64,000 nucleotides of DNA. It comes from Herpetosiphon gulosus. GTDB lineage: Bacteria; Chloroflexota; Chloroflexia; Chloroflexales; Herpetosiphonaceae. The number at the start of each line of letters is the position of its first letter. Positions within the stretch are counted from its first letter, which is position 1. The stretch spans positions 130,427-194,426 of the forward strand of contig NZ_BAABRU010000004.1 in NCBI RefSeq assembly GCF_039545135.1, read 5' to 3'. The notes under the pieces were generated by a model. It had not been told where the DNA came from, did no database searches, and worked only from the letters and a program-made list of their open reading frames with translations. Below are positions 18,590 through 29,443 of this stretch, one piece after another. A program made the translations under genes and the position numbers.

Positions 18590-18840
18590 ATAGAACATAG
18601 AATTGGGGATCAGGGGAGAGATTTAACGCAGAGGCGCAGAGCGATGTGAGGGGTCAGGATTCAGGGATCAGAGGTCAGAGGCTAGAGACCGAAGCATCAT
18701 CAGATTAATTTGTGATAATCTGGGGCTAAAAAACTGAGCCTTCGTGTGCTTCGTGTGCTTCGTGGTTTCGTTCTTTGTGATCTTCGGGCTCAAATCTGCT
18801 CCCTGACACCTAGCCCCTGATCCCGCACCCTTCATACTTG
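18590..18840. repeat. Composite intergenic repeats (families B and C modules)
   Basis: Contains ttaacgcagaggcgcagagcg, gaggggtcaggattcagggatcag, gtgtgcttcgtgtgcttcgtgg and ctgacacctagcccctgatccc modules that are shared with other intergenic regions. Confidence 0.65.
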
Positions 18841-18910
18841 CGATAATGGTACAATAGCAGCGGGCATTCGCCCCTTGCTGATTGTATATACCCAATGGTG
18901 CTAACAATCT

Positions 18911-19621
18911 ATGTCCACAATATTGCTTGTAGAAGATGAAGCCCTGCTCGCCGATACGCTCCGTTACAACCTTGAACGCGAAGGCTATACCGTGCTTTCT
19001 GCTTCCGATGGAGTGACAGGGCTGGATTTGGCCCGGGCTGAACAGCCCGATTTGCTGATTTTAGATGTGATGTTGCCGAAACTCGATGGCTTTTCAGTCT
19101 GTCGAATTTTGCGCCGTGAAACCAATATTCCAATTATGATGCTGACCGCCCGCCAAGATGAAGTTGATCGGATTGCGGGCTTGGAATTGGGCGCTGATGA
19201 TTATGTAATCAAGCCATTTAGCCTTGGCGAATTGCTGGCCCGCGTGCGGGCGATTTTGCGCCGCACCGACCGCCAACCAACCGGGGTTGAACGCGAATTG
19301 CTGACCGCCGCCAATCTTAAGGTCGATACTGGGAGCCGCCGGGTGTTTCGCGATAACAACGAAATTACCCTCGCCCAGAAGGAATTTGACCTGTTGGTGT
19401 GTTTGATGCGCAACCGTGGCATGGCGCTCTCCCGCGATTTGCTGCTTGAACGGGTTTGGGGCTACGATTTTCCAGGCGATTCGCGCACGGTCGATGTGCA
19501 TGTGCGTTGGCTGCGTGAGAAAGTTGAAGTAGATCCCAGCAACCCAATTTATATTCAAACGGTGCGTGGGATTGGCTATCGCTTTAATGATCAACTTAGC
19601 CGTAGCGAGCGCAAAAACTAA
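18911..19621 (+). CDS. OmpR/PhoB-family response regulator
   Basis: REC domain ([13 protein letters not shown], acceptor-Asp context LLILDVMLP) plus a winged-helix C-terminus (VRGIGYRF). Confidence 0.88.
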   Translation: MSTILLVEDEALLADTLRYNLEREGYTVLSASDGVTGLDLARAEQPDLLILDVMLPKLDGFSVCRILRRETNIPIMMLTARQDEVDRIAGLELGADDYVIKPFSLGELLARVRAILRRTDRQPTGVERELLTAANLKVDTGSRRVFRDNNEITLAQKEFDLLVCLMRNRGMALSRDLLLERVWGYDFPGDSRTVDVHVRWLREKVEVDPSNPIYIQTVRGIGYRFNDQLSRSERKN

Positions 19622-20820
19622 TGACTTGGATTGTGCTGTTGGCGTTGACAACGATCATCGCGTTGCTTTGGGGCTGGCATGGTCAACGCAATCTCCGCCG
19701 TGAACTGGCCTATTTACGCAATCGGCCTGTGGTTGCCCCAACCCCACCAGCCGATCCGTTTAATCAGTTGTTTCGCACGCTCAGCGCCGCGCTTGATGCA
19801 GGCGTGATTGTCGTCAATGATGGCCGCACCATTCGTTATTGTAACGATGTTGCGGCTAAATTATTTGGGGTCAGTGCCAATGCGGTGGTCAATCATAGCG
19901 TGATCACCTTGGTGCGCGATTATCAGGCCGATACGATGATCGAGCAATCGATTCGGCGGCGCGACCCACAGCAAGTAACCTTGCAACCAGTGCTTTCGAA
20001 TCGTACAATTCGGATTTGGTGTGAGCCATTGCCCGAAAGTGGCGCGTTGATTCTAGCTCGCGATTTGACCCAACTGAGTTTATTAGAACGAGCGCGGCGC
20101 GATTTGGTAGCGAATGTTTCGCATGAGTTGCGCACGCCGCTGGCCTCGATCAAACTCTTGGTCGAAACCTTAGCAACCCAACCACCACCTGAGTTAGCCC
20201 AACGCATGCTGGGGCAGGTCGATACTGAGCTTGATGCGGTAATGCAGCTGGTCGATGAATTGCACGAACTTTCGCAGATCGAATCGGGTCGCACAGCCTT
20301 GCAATTGCAGCCAACTCCAGTCGAAGATATTGTCGAACGCGCCAATAATCGCATTCAGCCGCAAGCCAAGCGCAAAGATCTACGGGTAGCGGTGACAATT
20401 GCGCCTGACTTGCCCGAAGTCTATGTTGATCGCGATCGAATTAGCCAAGTGCTGCTCAATTTGTTGCATAATGCAGTTAAATGGACTGATGCTGGCGGTA
20501 CGATTACGATTGAAGCTGGTTTGCGTTCGCGCAGCGAGCTTGGTCATCATCTTAGCCGCATGCTTGAGCCAAGTAATCGCTGGGTCATTATGGCGATTCA
20601 CGATACTGGCGCGGGCATTCCGGCTGAGGCGATTCCGCGAATTTTCGAGCGTTTCTATAAAGTTGATCGAGCGCGGACGCGCGGGGTTGGTGGCACAGGT
20701 TTGGGTTTGGCCATTGTCAAACACTTGGTCGAAGGCCATGGCGGCGTGGTGTGGGTCGCTAGCAGCGAAGGTCGCGGTAGTACATTTACCGTGGCGCTGC
20801 CAGTCGTTGACGATGAATAA
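19621..20820 (+). CDS. Sensor histidine kinase (TM, PAS-like, HisKA, HATPase)
   Basis: H-box VSHELRTPLASI. N/G boxes LLHNAVKWT and GTGLGLAIVKHLVEGHGG. The start overlaps the RR stop (ATGA). Confidence 0.85.
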   Translation: MTWIVLLALTTIIALLWGWHGQRNLRRELAYLRNRPVVAPTPPADPFNQLFRTLSAALDAGVIVVNDGRTIRYCNDVAAKLFGVSANAVVNHSVITLVRDYQADTMIEQSIRRRDPQQVTLQPVLSNRTIRIWCEPLPESGALILARDLTQLSLLERARRDLVANVSHELRTPLASIKLLVETLATQPPPELAQRMLGQVDTELDAVMQLVDELHELSQIESGRTALQLQPTPVEDIVERANNRIQPQAKRKDLRVAVTIAPDLPEVYVDRDRISQVLLNLLHNAVKWTDAGGTITIEAGLRSRSELGHHLSRMLEPSNRWVIMAIHDTGAGIPAEAIPRIFERFYKVDRARTRGVGGTGLGLAIVKHLVEGHGGVVWVASSEGRGSTFTVALPVVDDE

Positions 20821-20841
20821 TTGTGTGGTTTGAGGGAAATC

Positions 20842-21795
20842 ATGACGGGATTAAACATTCAAACATGGGCTGAACAGTTACGTCGGCAAGTTGGACAGGT
20901 GGTGGTTGGCAAGCAAACTAGCGTCGATTTATTACTAACAGCCCTGTTGTGCGAAGGCCATGTGCTATTGGAAGATGTGCCAGGTGTGGGCAAAACCACC
21001 CTGATTCGAGCACTCGCCCAAAGCCTTGATTGCCAATTTCGGCGGGTGCAATTTACGCCCGACTTGTTGCCCAGCGATGTAACTGGCCTAAATTTTTATA
21101 ATCAAAAATTGAGTGAGTTTCAGTTTCGAGCGGGGCCGTTGTTTGCCAATATTGTGCTAGCCGATGAAATTAACCGTGCTACGCCACGCACCCAATCGGC
21201 ATTGCTCGAAGCCATGGCCGAAGCCACCATTACGATCGATGGTGAAACCCATCAATTAACGCGGCCATTTTTGGTGCTCGCCACCCAAAATCCAATCGAA
21301 TTAGAAGGCACATTTCCCTTGCCCGAAGCCCAACTCGACCGCTTTTTGCTGCGAATCAATTTGGGTTATCCCAGCGAAGCCGAAGAACATGCAATTATCC
21401 AACGCTTTAATCAAGGCAATCCATGGGTAACGATGCAGGCCGTTAGCGATCAAAGCCAGCTGTTGGCGGCAATTCAAGCGGTGCGCACTGTGCACCTGAG
21501 CGATGCAGTGCGCAATTATGCAATTGCGATTGTGCGAGCAACCCGCGAGCATGGTGAAATTGAGTTGGGTGCTAGCCCACGTGGCTCGTTGGCCTTAACT
21601 CGCGCAGCCCAGGCTTGGGCATTAATTCATGGCCGCGATTTTGTGCTGCCTGATGATGTTAAGCAGCTTGTGCCCAGCGTTTTGGCCCATCGGCTGATTT
21701 TGAATGCCGAAGCCCGTTTGGCGCAACGTAGCCCTGAGAAAATTCTGGCCGACGTTGTTAAAAGCATTGCAACCCCAGTTGAGGAACGGGCATGA
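20842..21795 (+). CDS. MoxR-family AAA+ ATPase
   Basis: Walker A LLEDVPGVGKTTL and Walker B LADEINRA. Likely start MTGLN at 20842. Confidence 0.88.
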   Translation: MTGLNIQTWAEQLRRQVGQVVVGKQTSVDLLLTALLCEGHVLLEDVPGVGKTTLIRALAQSLDCQFRRVQFTPDLLPSDVTGLNFYNQKLSEFQFRAGPLFANIVLADEINRATPRTQSALLEAMAEATITIDGETHQLTRPFLVLATQNPIELEGTFPLPEAQLDRFLLRINLGYPSEAEEHAIIQRFNQGNPWVTMQAVSDQSQLLAAIQAVRTVHLSDAVRNYAIAIVRATREHGEIELGASPRGSLALTRAAQAWALIHGRDFVLPDDVKQLVPSVLAHRLILNAEARLAQRSPEKILADVVKSIATPVEERA

Positions 21796-22979
21796 AAGGG
21801 CGACGAGCAGGCTTATTTGTTTTGGTCTTGCTCTTGATTATTGGCTTGCTGAGCGATGTGACGCTGTTGCCTTTGGTTGCAATGCTGGGGATTATGGCCT
21901 TGCTCGCGGTCGAATTATGGGAATGGCGCATGTTTCGGCATGTTGATTATCGACGTGAGCTAGGCCATACCCATCTTTTTCCCGATAACCGCACCACCCT
22001 CAGCATTACCCTTAGCAATCGCAAATTCTTGCCCTTGCCATTTGTTAATCTGCACGATTTAGTGCCAGTTGGCATTACACTTGAGCAAATTGAAACCCAG
22101 CCCGCTGCTAGCCCCAATTATCGAGTGCTAGCGCGGGCGTTTGGCATCAGCAGCTATCAACAAGTAACTCGTCAATATACAATTCTCTGCCCACAACGGG
22201 GTTTGCACCGTTTTGGCCCAGCCAATTTGAGCGCCAGCGATCCACTTGGCTTGAGTACGAGTCGCGCAACCATTAATGAGATTGATCGCTTGATCGTCTA
22301 CCCTCGCTTGCTGACGGAACCAGAGTTGGGCTTGCCTTTACGCGAATTATTAGGCACGATTCGTGCATCGCAACGCTTGCTGACCGACCCAGTTGTGCCA
22401 ATTGGTATCCGCGATTATACCCAAAGCGACCCGCTCAAAAGCATTCATTGGACGGCGACGGCGCGGCGGGGCCAATTGCAAACTCGCATTTACGAGCCAG
22501 TTACGGCGCTGACCGTGATGTGTATTCTCGATATCGAAACGATTGTGCCCTCGTATCTTGGGGTGAATAAATTTCAGGGCGAACGTTTAATTAGTATGGC
22601 GGCAACGGTTTGTAGCGCTTTGCACAAAGCAGGGCATGCGGTTGGTTTATGGTCGAATGCAGCGCTGGTTGAAGGCAACACCGCCATCCAACTGCCCCCC
22701 AATCGTAGCCCCAAACAAGCCAGCGCCATCTTAGAAGTATTGGCCCAAATGTCGCTCTACTCGCGGCTAGAAATTGCCAAATTTATTGGGCGCGAGCAAT
22801 CGCGTTTGCCGCTAGGTGCGACGGTTTTGCTAATTAGTGCGGTGGATACGCCGGCCCATCGCAGCGCCTTGACTCGTTTGCGCGAATATGGCTATGCCCC
22901 CGTTTGGCTGTATTTGGGCCAGCATGCCCCGAAAGTTGGCGGAGTTAAGCTGATTCATAGTCACCAGAGGGAGCCATGA
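21792..22979 (+). CDS. DUF58 domain protein (vWA-like, MoxR partner)
   Basis: N-terminal TM, then the DUF58 core (GIRDYTQSDPLKSIHWTATARRGQLQTRIYE). Coupled to moxR by ATGA overlap. Confidence 0.8.
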   Translation: MKGRRAGLFVLVLLLIIGLLSDVTLLPLVAMLGIMALLAVELWEWRMFRHVDYRRELGHTHLFPDNRTTLSITLSNRKFLPLPFVNLHDLVPVGITLEQIETQPAASPNYRVLARAFGISSYQQVTRQYTILCPQRGLHRFGPANLSASDPLGLSTSRATINEIDRLIVYPRLLTEPELGLPLRELLGTIRASQRLLTDPVVPIGIRDYTQSDPLKSIHWTATARRGQLQTRIYEPVTALTVMCILDIETIVPSYLGVNKFQGERLISMAATVCSALHKAGHAVGLWSNAALVEGNTAIQLPPNRSPKQASAILEVLAQMSLYSRLEIAKFIGREQSRLPLGATVLLISAVDTPAHRSALTRLREYGYAPVWLYLGQHAPKVGGVKLIHSHQREP

Positions 22980-24277
22980 TCAATCGTCAGAGCGCCAAAT
23001 TAATCGTTTTGCTCAGCGCCTGCATCGCCTATAGCAGCTTGATTAGCGTTGTGCTGAATAGCCTTGATAGTGTTGGCGATCAACCAAGCACGGTCTGGCG
23101 CTGGCCAATTTTCCTGTTTGGCATGATCACAATGGCTAGTTTGCGCCAACGTTTGCGTCAGCGCAGCGCGATCATTACTGCTGCCAGCGCGATTGGGATC
23201 GCCATGGTTGGCTGGCTTTGGATACGGACTGAACGCAGTGGCCAAGAATTGGTCTTGAGTGGTTTTGGGGCAGGCTTTTTGATGTCGCGGGCAATCAACT
23301 CTGATCAATGGAACCATGATTGGTTGCAACAACTCTTTTGGCGCGGACTAGGTGTATTGGTGGCATTTGTGGCGCTTGGCCCAGTGATGACCCGTGGCGC
23401 ATTAGAGCAACCAGGGTTGCTTCAACTTTTTATTATTCAAGCCTTGGCGTTTGTAGCGGCATGTTTATTTGCGATTATGCTCGATCAGAGCAACCAAGCT
23501 GAGTTGCAAACCCCGCCGATGTTGGGCTGGAGCAGCCTATTTACCTTGGCACTGGTAGGAATTCCCTTGCTCGTGTTTGGAGTTGCTGACGGTCAGCGCA
23601 GCATCTTAGGCCTGATTCTGGGCGCATTTATGGATGGTTTGGTACTAATTGCTGGAGGGTTAGCTGTAGCCTTATCGTGGTTGGTTGGCTGGCTGATTCC
23701 ATCATTCAAGCCCAATCAACGCCCACCAATTGAGCCAAGCATGCCTCAAGCAGCCGATCCCTCAAGCCTAATGCCTGAAGAAACCAGTCAAGTAAGTTCG
23801 TTGCTCGGCGACCTGCTGAATATTGGGGTGGCAATTATTCTCTTGCTGATGATTGCTTGGCTAATTTATCGAGTGGTACACTGGTTGCGCAATTTTGAAA
23901 CCAAGCCGATTGCCCAAGGCGAAGTGGTAATCGAGCAATCGATTTGGTCGTTCGATAGCCTACGTGAGCAACTTTTAGAGCGTTTTCGGCGCAAAAAACC
24001 ATGGAAACTTGATACCAACGATCCGCAGGTGCAAAAAGTACGGCGGATTTATACTCAATTTTTGGAGTTGGGCGAAGATCATGGCCAACCACGTAGCAAA
24101 CATCAAACCGCTCACGAATATGGGCGTGGGTATGCACAACAACAACCAACCAACGAGCCAGCGATTGATGAACTAACAGCTATCTATACCCAAGCCCGGT
24201 ATGCCGAGCAACTTGATGCCGAGGCCGTAGCTCGCGCTGAGCAAGCCCTAAAAACCATCCAAAAGCAGCAGCCCTAG
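22976..24277 (+). CDS. Multi-TM protein with C-terminal DUF4129-like domain (third member of MoxR triad)
   Basis: Many TM helices, then a C-terminal AIDELTAIYTQARYAEQLDAEA motif typical of DUF4129. ATGA overlap with the DUF58 gene. Confidence 0.6.
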   Translation: MINRQSAKLIVLLSACIAYSSLISVVLNSLDSVGDQPSTVWRWPIFLFGMITMASLRQRLRQRSAIITAASAIGIAMVGWLWIRTERSGQELVLSGFGAGFLMSRAINSDQWNHDWLQQLFWRGLGVLVAFVALGPVMTRGALEQPGLLQLFIIQALAFVAACLFAIMLDQSNQAELQTPPMLGWSSLFTLALVGIPLLVFGVADGQRSILGLILGAFMDGLVLIAGGLAVALSWLVGWLIPSFKPNQRPPIEPSMPQAADPSSLMPEETSQVSSLLGDLLNIGVAIILLLMIAWLIYRVVHWLRNFETKPIAQGEVVIEQSIWSFDSLREQLLERFRRKKPWKLDTNDPQVQKVRRIYTQFLELGEDHGQPRSKHQTAHEYGRGYAQQQPTNEPAIDELTAIYTQARYAEQLDAEAVARAEQALKTIQKQQP

Positions 24278-24888
24278 AAACGCCATTGCACACTATGCCA
24301 CAAGGCAAATTGCTGCGGAATCGTTTGGGGTTTGCTGGTTGAAAGCATCATCGATAACGCTGGATAGCGTTCGAGCCAACTGCTGATCCAATGTGACCAA
24401 CGCTGTTGATCGCTATTGTTGAGTTGATCCCAGCCTTCGATTAATAACAACCATAAACCTGCGGCCAAACCGCGTTTGACGGCCAATTCGGTCATGGCAA
24501 AGCCCAGCTTCTCAATCTCTTGGTGCAGCAAAGGCAGTGGCTGGGTTAGGCGGCTGAGCGGCTGTTGCACCTGATAGAGTAACGGCAAATAGGCGGTTGG
24601 TAATTGAGCACCGCGTGCCCATTGCAAACATAATTGGCGCATCGCCAGCGAACGCGAACCAGGCTCGATCAAGGCCAAACGCGGAGTTTCGCGTAGGGCA
24701 TCGCGCAAAGTCATCGATGGGCCGCCCTCAACTTGTTGAAATTGCAGCGGCAAACGTTGCAAATGGGGCAACAATGGTTGTGAACCAACCAAACTCTCGC
24801 CCTCAAGCAAGTGGTGACGATAACGCCGAATTTGCCGACCATCACGGAGGCGCGGTAGGAAGTTAAGTCGAAAGGTTGCTAAGGCCAT
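24274..24888 (-). CDS. Hypothetical protein
   Basis: 204-aa ORF, Leu/Gln-rich, no family recognised. Convergent 4-nt overlap with the preceding gene. Confidence 0.35.
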   Translation of the reverse strand: MALATFRLNFLPRLRDGRQIRRYRHHLLEGESLVGSQPLLPHLQRLPLQFQQVEGGPSMTLRDALRETPRLALIEPGSRSLAMRQLCLQWARGAQLPTAYLPLLYQVQQPLSRLTQPLPLLHQEIEKLGFAMTELAVKRGLAAGLWLLLIEGWDQLNNSDQQRWSHWISSWLERYPALSMMLSTSKPQTIPQQFALWHSVQWRF

Positions 24889-25232
24889 ATGCCGTCCCTC
24901 CTAAAACGATAGCTGTGAGGTTTAGCCTAAGGCTTGCCAACCATGGATTCAATCGGTTAAGGTTACAAAGCGATGACAGGACGAAGGGATCAGAGGTCAG
25001 GATTCAGGGGCTAGGTTGGAAGCATAAGGGTTTAGGCATTAACACAGAGGCACAGAGCGTTAAGGCTATCGACTTTTGGCTATCGGAGATTGATTGGAAA
25101 AACCATCACATGTTCCGATAGCCTAGCGCCAATAGCCTCATCTCCCTTCATGTTCTTCATGGTTACAAAAATCTAATGCCTTGTCCCTAGTCCCTGACCC
25201 CTAGCCCATGTATTACAATGAGGTAATGTTGT

Positions 25233-26723
25233 ATGCAGTATATTGCGGCACTCGACCAAGGCACAACTAGCACGCGCTGTATGGTTTTCGATCACAATGG
25301 CAATGTTGTCGGGGTTGATCAACGTGAGCATACCCAGATTTTCCCGCAGCCAGGCTGGGTCGAGCATAATCCCGCCGAGATTTGGCAACGCACGCAGGGC
25401 GTGATCGCTGGAGCATTGGCAGCGGCCAACATTGAAAAAACTGATCTGGCGGCGCTGGGCATTACCAATCAGCGCGAAACAACCGTCATTTGGGATCGTC
25501 ACACAGGCAAGGCAATTTACAATGCGTTGGTCTGGCAAGATACCCGCACTGATTCGCTTGTGCGCCAATTTGCTGCCGACGGCGGCCAAGATCGTTTTCG
25601 AGCGCAAACAGGCTTGCCCTTGGCGACCTACTTTTCGGCTACCAAAATTCGTTGGCTACTTGATCAGGTTGAGGGTGCACAGGCAGCAGCTGAGGCTGGC
25701 GATCTGTTGTTTGGCACGATCGATTGTTTTGTGGCTTGGTGGCTGACGGGCGGTCCACATGGCGGTTTACACATCACCGACACCACCAATGCCTCACGCA
25801 CCTTGCTGCTCAACCTCGCGACTGGTGATTGGGATGCTGAACTATTGGAAATTTTTCGAATTCCGCGCAGCATGTTGCCCAGCGTGCGATCCTCAAGCGA
25901 GGTATATGGCCCATGTCGCGGCCAACTCGATGGCGTGCCGTTGGCGGGAATTTTGGGCGATCAACAGGCTGCGACGGTTGGGCAAGTGTGTTTTGAAGTT
26001 GGCGAAGCCAAAAATACCTATGGCACTGGCAATTTTATGCTGCTCAATACTGGCGAACGCTTGGTGCAATCGCGCCATGGCTTGATCACCACGCCAGCCT
26101 ATCATTTTGGCCAGCAGCCAACGTGGGCCTTAGAAGGCTCAATCGCGGTAACTGGCTCGTTGGTGCAATGGCTACGCGATAATTTGGGAATTATTCACAG
26201 CGCGGCTGAGGTTGAACCATTGGCTGCCAGTGTGGCTGATAACGGTGGCGTGTACCTTGTGCCCGCCTTTTCGGGCTTGTTTGCCCCCCATTGGCGCTCC
26301 GATGCGAGGGGAGTGTTGGTTGGGCTAACCCGCTATGCCAACAAAGCGCATATTGCACGGGCGGCACTTGAAGCGACTGCCTACCAAACCCGCGAAGTCG
26401 TCAGCGCCATGGCCCAAGATTCAGGGGTTGAGTTGACTGCGCTCAAAGTTGATGGCGGAATGGTGGCGAATGAATTGCTTATGCAATTTCAGGCTGATAT
26501 TTTGGGTGTGCCAGTTGTGCGGCCCAAAGTTGCCGAAACCACCGCCTTAGGGGCAGCCTACGCTGCGGGTTTGGCCGTTGGCTACTGGGCGAATCCAGCT
26601 GAATTACGCGCCAATTGGAGCGAAAGCAAACGTTGGGAGCCACAAATGAGCAGCGATCAGCGTGATAGCTTATATGCACAATGGAATAAAGCAGTGCAAC
26701 GCACGCTCAATTGGCAAGATTAA
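25233..26723 (+). CDS. glpK: Glycerol kinase
   Basis: [20 protein letters not shown] actin-fold N-terminus plus FGGY C-terminal motifs. 496 aa. Confidence 0.92.
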   Translation: MQYIAALDQGTTSTRCMVFDHNGNVVGVDQREHTQIFPQPGWVEHNPAEIWQRTQGVIAGALAAANIEKTDLAALGITNQRETTVIWDRHTGKAIYNALVWQDTRTDSLVRQFAADGGQDRFRAQTGLPLATYFSATKIRWLLDQVEGAQAAAEAGDLLFGTIDCFVAWWLTGGPHGGLHITDTTNASRTLLLNLATGDWDAELLEIFRIPRSMLPSVRSSSEVYGPCRGQLDGVPLAGILGDQQAATVGQVCFEVGEAKNTYGTGNFMLLNTGERLVQSRHGLITTPAYHFGQQPTWALEGSIAVTGSLVQWLRDNLGIIHSAAEVEPLAASVADNGGVYLVPAFSGLFAPHWRSDARGVLVGLTRYANKAHIARAALEATAYQTREVVSAMAQDSGVELTALKVDGGMVANELLMQFQADILGVPVVRPKVAETTALGAAYAAGLAVGYWANPAELRANWSESKRWEPQMSSDQRDSLYAQWNKAVQRTLNWQD

Positions 26724-26809
26724 GCTACCTAATCCGTCTTGATACTAGCCAAATCAGCGGCTGGTTTGGCTACTAAATTGCTACTTCAGAAAACCTACAA
26801 TCGATGGTA

Positions 26810-26852
26810 TTGTGGTTATATCCAAAAATACATCCATGGTTTTGTGATATAA
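26810..26852. promoter_or_regulatory. Perfect 10-bp inverted repeat (TGGTTATATC-N23-GATATAACCA) in AT-rich leader upstream of the GGDEF gene
   Basis: Direct reading of tggttatatccaaaaatacatccatggttttgtgatataacca. Confidence 0.4.
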
Positions 26853-27000
26853 CCAACTCACGATTCACGAATACATTTGGCGAATATTCAAAGACATTTC
26901 ATATTGTGGTCTTGGCTTTGGCAACTCCTGCTAACTCCGCAGCCAACCGCGATGAATTCGTTAGCTTTGGCCATTTACCCATCCTGCGGAGGTAGGCGGC

Positions 27001-28227
27001 ATGGCGCTTGACCAGCCAACGGTTGCCTTAATTGTCGGAATTGGCTTGTTGCTCCAAGCATTGGTAATTGGGGCTTTTTTAGTTTTTGTTCGGCGTTATC
27101 AAGGGATTCGCTGCTTTTTAATTGGCACGATTGGTTTAGGTTTGGGCTTTTTAGCCTTAGCTTTATTGCCCCAAACCTCATTAGCAGCAATCACAAGTAG
27201 TTATATTTTGATACTCAGTGGCTTGTTTGGGCTAAGCAGTGGGATTTTACGCTTCATCGGGGCTACCAGTTCAGCCAAAATTTATGCGATCTGTTGGCTA
27301 ATCGTTGCTGGAATGCTCAGTCTGTGTGCTTGGTGGTTTGCCGATCCAGGCTTAATTATCAATTTGGCGATGCTGCTTGGTAGCGCAGGCATGGCCTATA
27401 CTGCGCTCCAAGTATTTTTTCAGCGCACCATCCCCTATCAAAGTGCCAGTCGTTTGTTGGCTTTGGCCTTGACCCTCAAAATTGCAATTATCTTTTTGGG
27501 CTTGGCCTATTTTTGGTATAGCCAGCGCTGGCCGAGCCTGACGACCTTGAAACTAGGCTATAGCGTGCTGATTTTGCTGCTTTCGCTGCTGTGGACTGGC
27601 GGCTTTGCGGTAATGATTACCCAGCGCATGCAATGTGATTTATCGGCCTTGGCCAGCATTGATGTCTTAACGGGCATTGCCAATCGCCGCGCAATCAACG
27701 AATATTTAGAGCAGGCGATTGCCAAATGGCGACGCAACCAGCAGGGTTTTGCGGTAATCATGCTCGATATTGATTGTTTTAAACAGATTAATGATCGTTA
27801 TGGTCACCACGCTGGCGATTCCGTGTTGCGCCATATTGCCTTGGTGCTGAGCGAACAAGTGCGAATTAACGATCTAATTGGGCGCTGGGGAGGCGAAGAG
27901 TTTCTTTTGATTGTTGATGCCGATACGATCCAGCAAGCAACCTTGATGGCTGAACGCTTACGTCAAGCTATTCAGCAACAACCAACCGTCTGGGATGATC
28001 ACGTGATTCAGCATACAGTCAGCATTGGGATTGCGCTCTGTGGAACGCATGGCTTCAACGAAGCCCAATTACTGACTGCTGCCGATTTAGCGCTTTACGA
28101 GGCCAAGGAAACTGGTAAAAATCGCTGGATTGTCTATGAGCGCCGTTTGTTGAACCAGCTTGATCCAGCGCTAGAACTGGCCAACGAAGGGCTTATTTTC
28201 GATGTTGATTCATCGATTTATGCCTAA
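27001..28227 (+). CDS. Diguanylate cyclase (GGDEF) with N-terminal 6-7 TM sensor region
   Basis: GGEEF active site (RWGGEEFLLIV) and RxxD-like I-site context. Membrane N-terminal half. Confidence 0.85.
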   Translation: MALDQPTVALIVGIGLLLQALVIGAFLVFVRRYQGIRCFLIGTIGLGLGFLALALLPQTSLAAITSSYILILSGLFGLSSGILRFIGATSSAKIYAICWLIVAGMLSLCAWWFADPGLIINLAMLLGSAGMAYTALQVFFQRTIPYQSASRLLALALTLKIAIIFLGLAYFWYSQRWPSLTTLKLGYSVLILLLSLLWTGGFAVMITQRMQCDLSALASIDVLTGIANRRAINEYLEQAIAKWRRNQQGFAVIMLDIDCFKQINDRYGHHAGDSVLRHIALVLSEQVRINDLIGRWGGEEFLLIVDADTIQQATLMAERLRQAIQQQPTVWDDHVIQHTVSIGIALCGTHGFNEAQLLTAADLALYEAKETGKNRWIVYERRLLNQLDPALELANEGLIFDVDSSIYA

Positions 28228-29417
28228 TGCGCTGGTTGAGCTTGCGGTTCAGCGCTAGGCAAACCAACGGCAATCAACGCTCCTGCCACAACTAACACGC
28301 TGCCCATCAGGTAGGGCGAAGCTTCGCCAACGTTGGAAAGCATCCAAGTGGCATACAACGGGGCAAAAATCCGGGCCAAACTGCTCATCGATTGATACAA
28401 GCCCATATTCTCGCCCCGCTCGCTAGCTGGTGAATTGCGGCTGACCAACGACGAAAGCGATGGCGTGAGCAAACCTTCGCCAACTGCCAGCACAATACAA
28501 ATTGCCACCAAATGCCAAACATTTTGAATAAAGCCCAGGCCTGCCAATGAAAGTGCTAGCAGCAACGAGCCTGAGACAATCAGGGTTGCTTCACCAAACC
28601 GCGCCGCCAAGCGCCGAATTAAGCCGCCTTGCACAATCGCCACTACAATCCCAACCCCAGCCAAGGTATAGCCAGTTTGATGCGAGCCAAACTCCAAACG
28701 CCGCGCTGCAAACAAGGCAAAGGTGGTTTCAAAGGCCACAAATGCCAAGTTAATCAACAAGGTAATGCTGAGCAAACGGCCAACATTCGGCTTGCGAACT
28801 GCGGCCAAGAGTTTCATGAGATTAAAAGTACGGCCTTGTTGGGGGGCATGGCGCTCTGGCTCAGGCAACATCACAATCGTTAAAATTAAACTCAGCACTG
28901 CAATCCCCGCTGCCACAAAAATTGGCAACTGATAATTGCCATCTTTGCTGAGCAATGCGCCAATTGCTGGCCCAGCGATAAAGCCTAAGCCAAGTGCCGC
29001 CCCAACCATGCCCATGCCACGAGCACGATCTTTATCGGTGGTAATATCACTAACATAGGCTTGGGCAATCGAGATATTGCCGCCAGTTGCGCCATCGAAC
29101 ATGCGCCCGACAAACAGCCAAATCAGGCTATTAGCAAAACCAAACAGCAACAAGCTACAAACTGTGCCAATCAAACTTAAAATCAACAGCGGGCGACGAC
29201 CATAGCGGTCGGATAATTGGCCAAGAATCGGGGCAAAAATAAATTGCATCAAGGCATAACTACCGACAATCATGCCAACCTGAACCTCGGAAGCCCCAAA
29301 CTCCTGCGCATAAAACGGCGTGATCGGAATCACCACACCATAGCTCATGGTTCCAACAAACGCGATCAAAAAAATGGTCAAAAGTGGAGAGCGTTTCATA
29401 GGCGAGTCTATAGCCAA
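28224..29417 (-). CDS. MFS transporter
   Basis: 12-TM protein with MFS motif A (GQLSDRYGRRPLL). Confidence 0.85.
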   Translation of the reverse strand: MAIDSPMKRSPLLTIFLIAFVGTMSYGVVIPITPFYAQEFGASEVQVGMIVGSYALMQFIFAPILGQLSDRYGRRPLLILSLIGTVCSLLLFGFANSLIWLFVGRMFDGATGGNISIAQAYVSDITTDKDRARGMGMVGAALGLGFIAGPAIGALLSKDGNYQLPIFVAAGIAVLSLILTIVMLPEPERHAPQQGRTFNLMKLLAAVRKPNVGRLLSITLLINLAFVAFETTFALFAARRLEFGSHQTGYTLAGVGIVVAIVQGGLIRRLAARFGEATLIVSGSLLLALSLAGLGFIQNVWHLVAICIVLAVGEGLLTPSLSSLVSRNSPASERGENMGLYQSMSSLARIFAPLYATWMLSNVGEASPYLMGSVLVVAGALIAVGLPSAEPQAQPAH

Positions 29418-29443
29418 GCGGCTACTGGCTCCTTATCACTAGA

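Noticed and set aside
24274-24888. Possible NTPase or toxin fragment
   Set aside because: The Leu/Gln-rich 204-aa protein showed no Walker, HEPN or other diagnostic motif on inspection, so I left it as hypothetical.
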